From positions 1-44,536 of the forward strand of contig CAZLVZ010000002.1 of the NCBI GenBank assembly GCA_964563465.1: a stretch of DNA of 44,536 nt, in the 5' to 3' direction. How positions within the stretch are numbered: the first letter of the stretch is position 1; each line of letters opens with the position of its first letter. The notes under the pieces are model-generated. The model did not search any database, was not told where the DNA came from, and saw only the letters and a program-made list of their open reading frames with translations. Origin of the DNA: an uncultured Candidatus Saccharibacteria bacterium (GTDB taxonomy: Bacteria; Patescibacteriota; Minisyncoccia; Minisyncoccales; PEYH01). Both the position numbers and the translations under genes were made by a program. Positions 44,510 to 44,536 of the stretch are shown here, piece by piece.

Positions 44510-44536
44510 TGGTAAAATAAAAATGAAAGATCATAA

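Noticed and set aside
44338-44536. Retron msr/msd ncRNA (inverted a1/a2-like arms upstream of a gene)
   Set aside because: An intrinsic terminator separates the element from the next ORF, and only 14 nt of that ORF are in the window. No reverse transcriptase can be seen, so the idea is unsupported.
1-44536. CRISPR arrays, rRNA genes, transposases/integrases, and an alternative genetic code (UGA recoding)
   Set aside because: No regularly spaced direct repeats, no rRNA-like conserved blocks and no recombinase motifs were seen. TGA clearly terminates well-defined genes (smpB, the HAMP protein), so the standard bacterial code fits.

Overview
The window is AT-rich (about one-third G+C by eye), very compact and mostly on the + strand. 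It looks like a chromosomal segment from a small-genome Patescibacteria/CPR-type bacterium; that is an inference from composition, gene content and overlapping genes. The standard code applies, since TGA is used as a stop. The backbone is housekeeping: smpB plus a tmRNA I located by eye, and six aminoacyl-tRNA synthetases (argS, ileS, glyQS, metG, leuS, hisS). It also carries murI, an M16 peptidase, rsmI, tatD, glmS, a GlmU-like enzyme, transporters and channels, and tRNA-Leu(CAA). The remaining housekeeping genes are topA-dprA-pth on the minus strand, lepB, and an rpsU-yqeY-ybeY-ftsA-ftsZ block. Small accessory islets rich in toxin-antitoxin/abortive-infection-type genes are wedged between these genes. 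They include two different AbiEii-like nucleotidyltransferase pairs, a DUF433 gene with a decayed DUF5615 partner, a DUF6516/TumE-like pair and an orphan Phd-like antitoxin. I rank five observations highest. (1) A complete histidine-phosphatase (PGAM-like) domain is nested inside the zinc knuckle of IleRS. (2) The 3' end of leuS is repeated three times in tandem, with one TA-like cassette between each pair of copies, which suggests an integration hotspot with no visible integrase. (3) A G+C-rich, highly structured element with tRNA T-arm-like inverted arms, a GNRA hairpin and its own terminator sits just after ftsZ. (4) That ftsZ ends exactly at the globular core and lacks the linker and FtsA-binding tail. 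(5) A HAMP membrane protein is translationally coupled to an ATP-cone/PD-(D/E)xK nuclease next to AbiE. No rRNA, CRISPR array, transposase or integrase was recognised. All family assignments come from motif recognition by eye and need HMM or BLAST confirmation.
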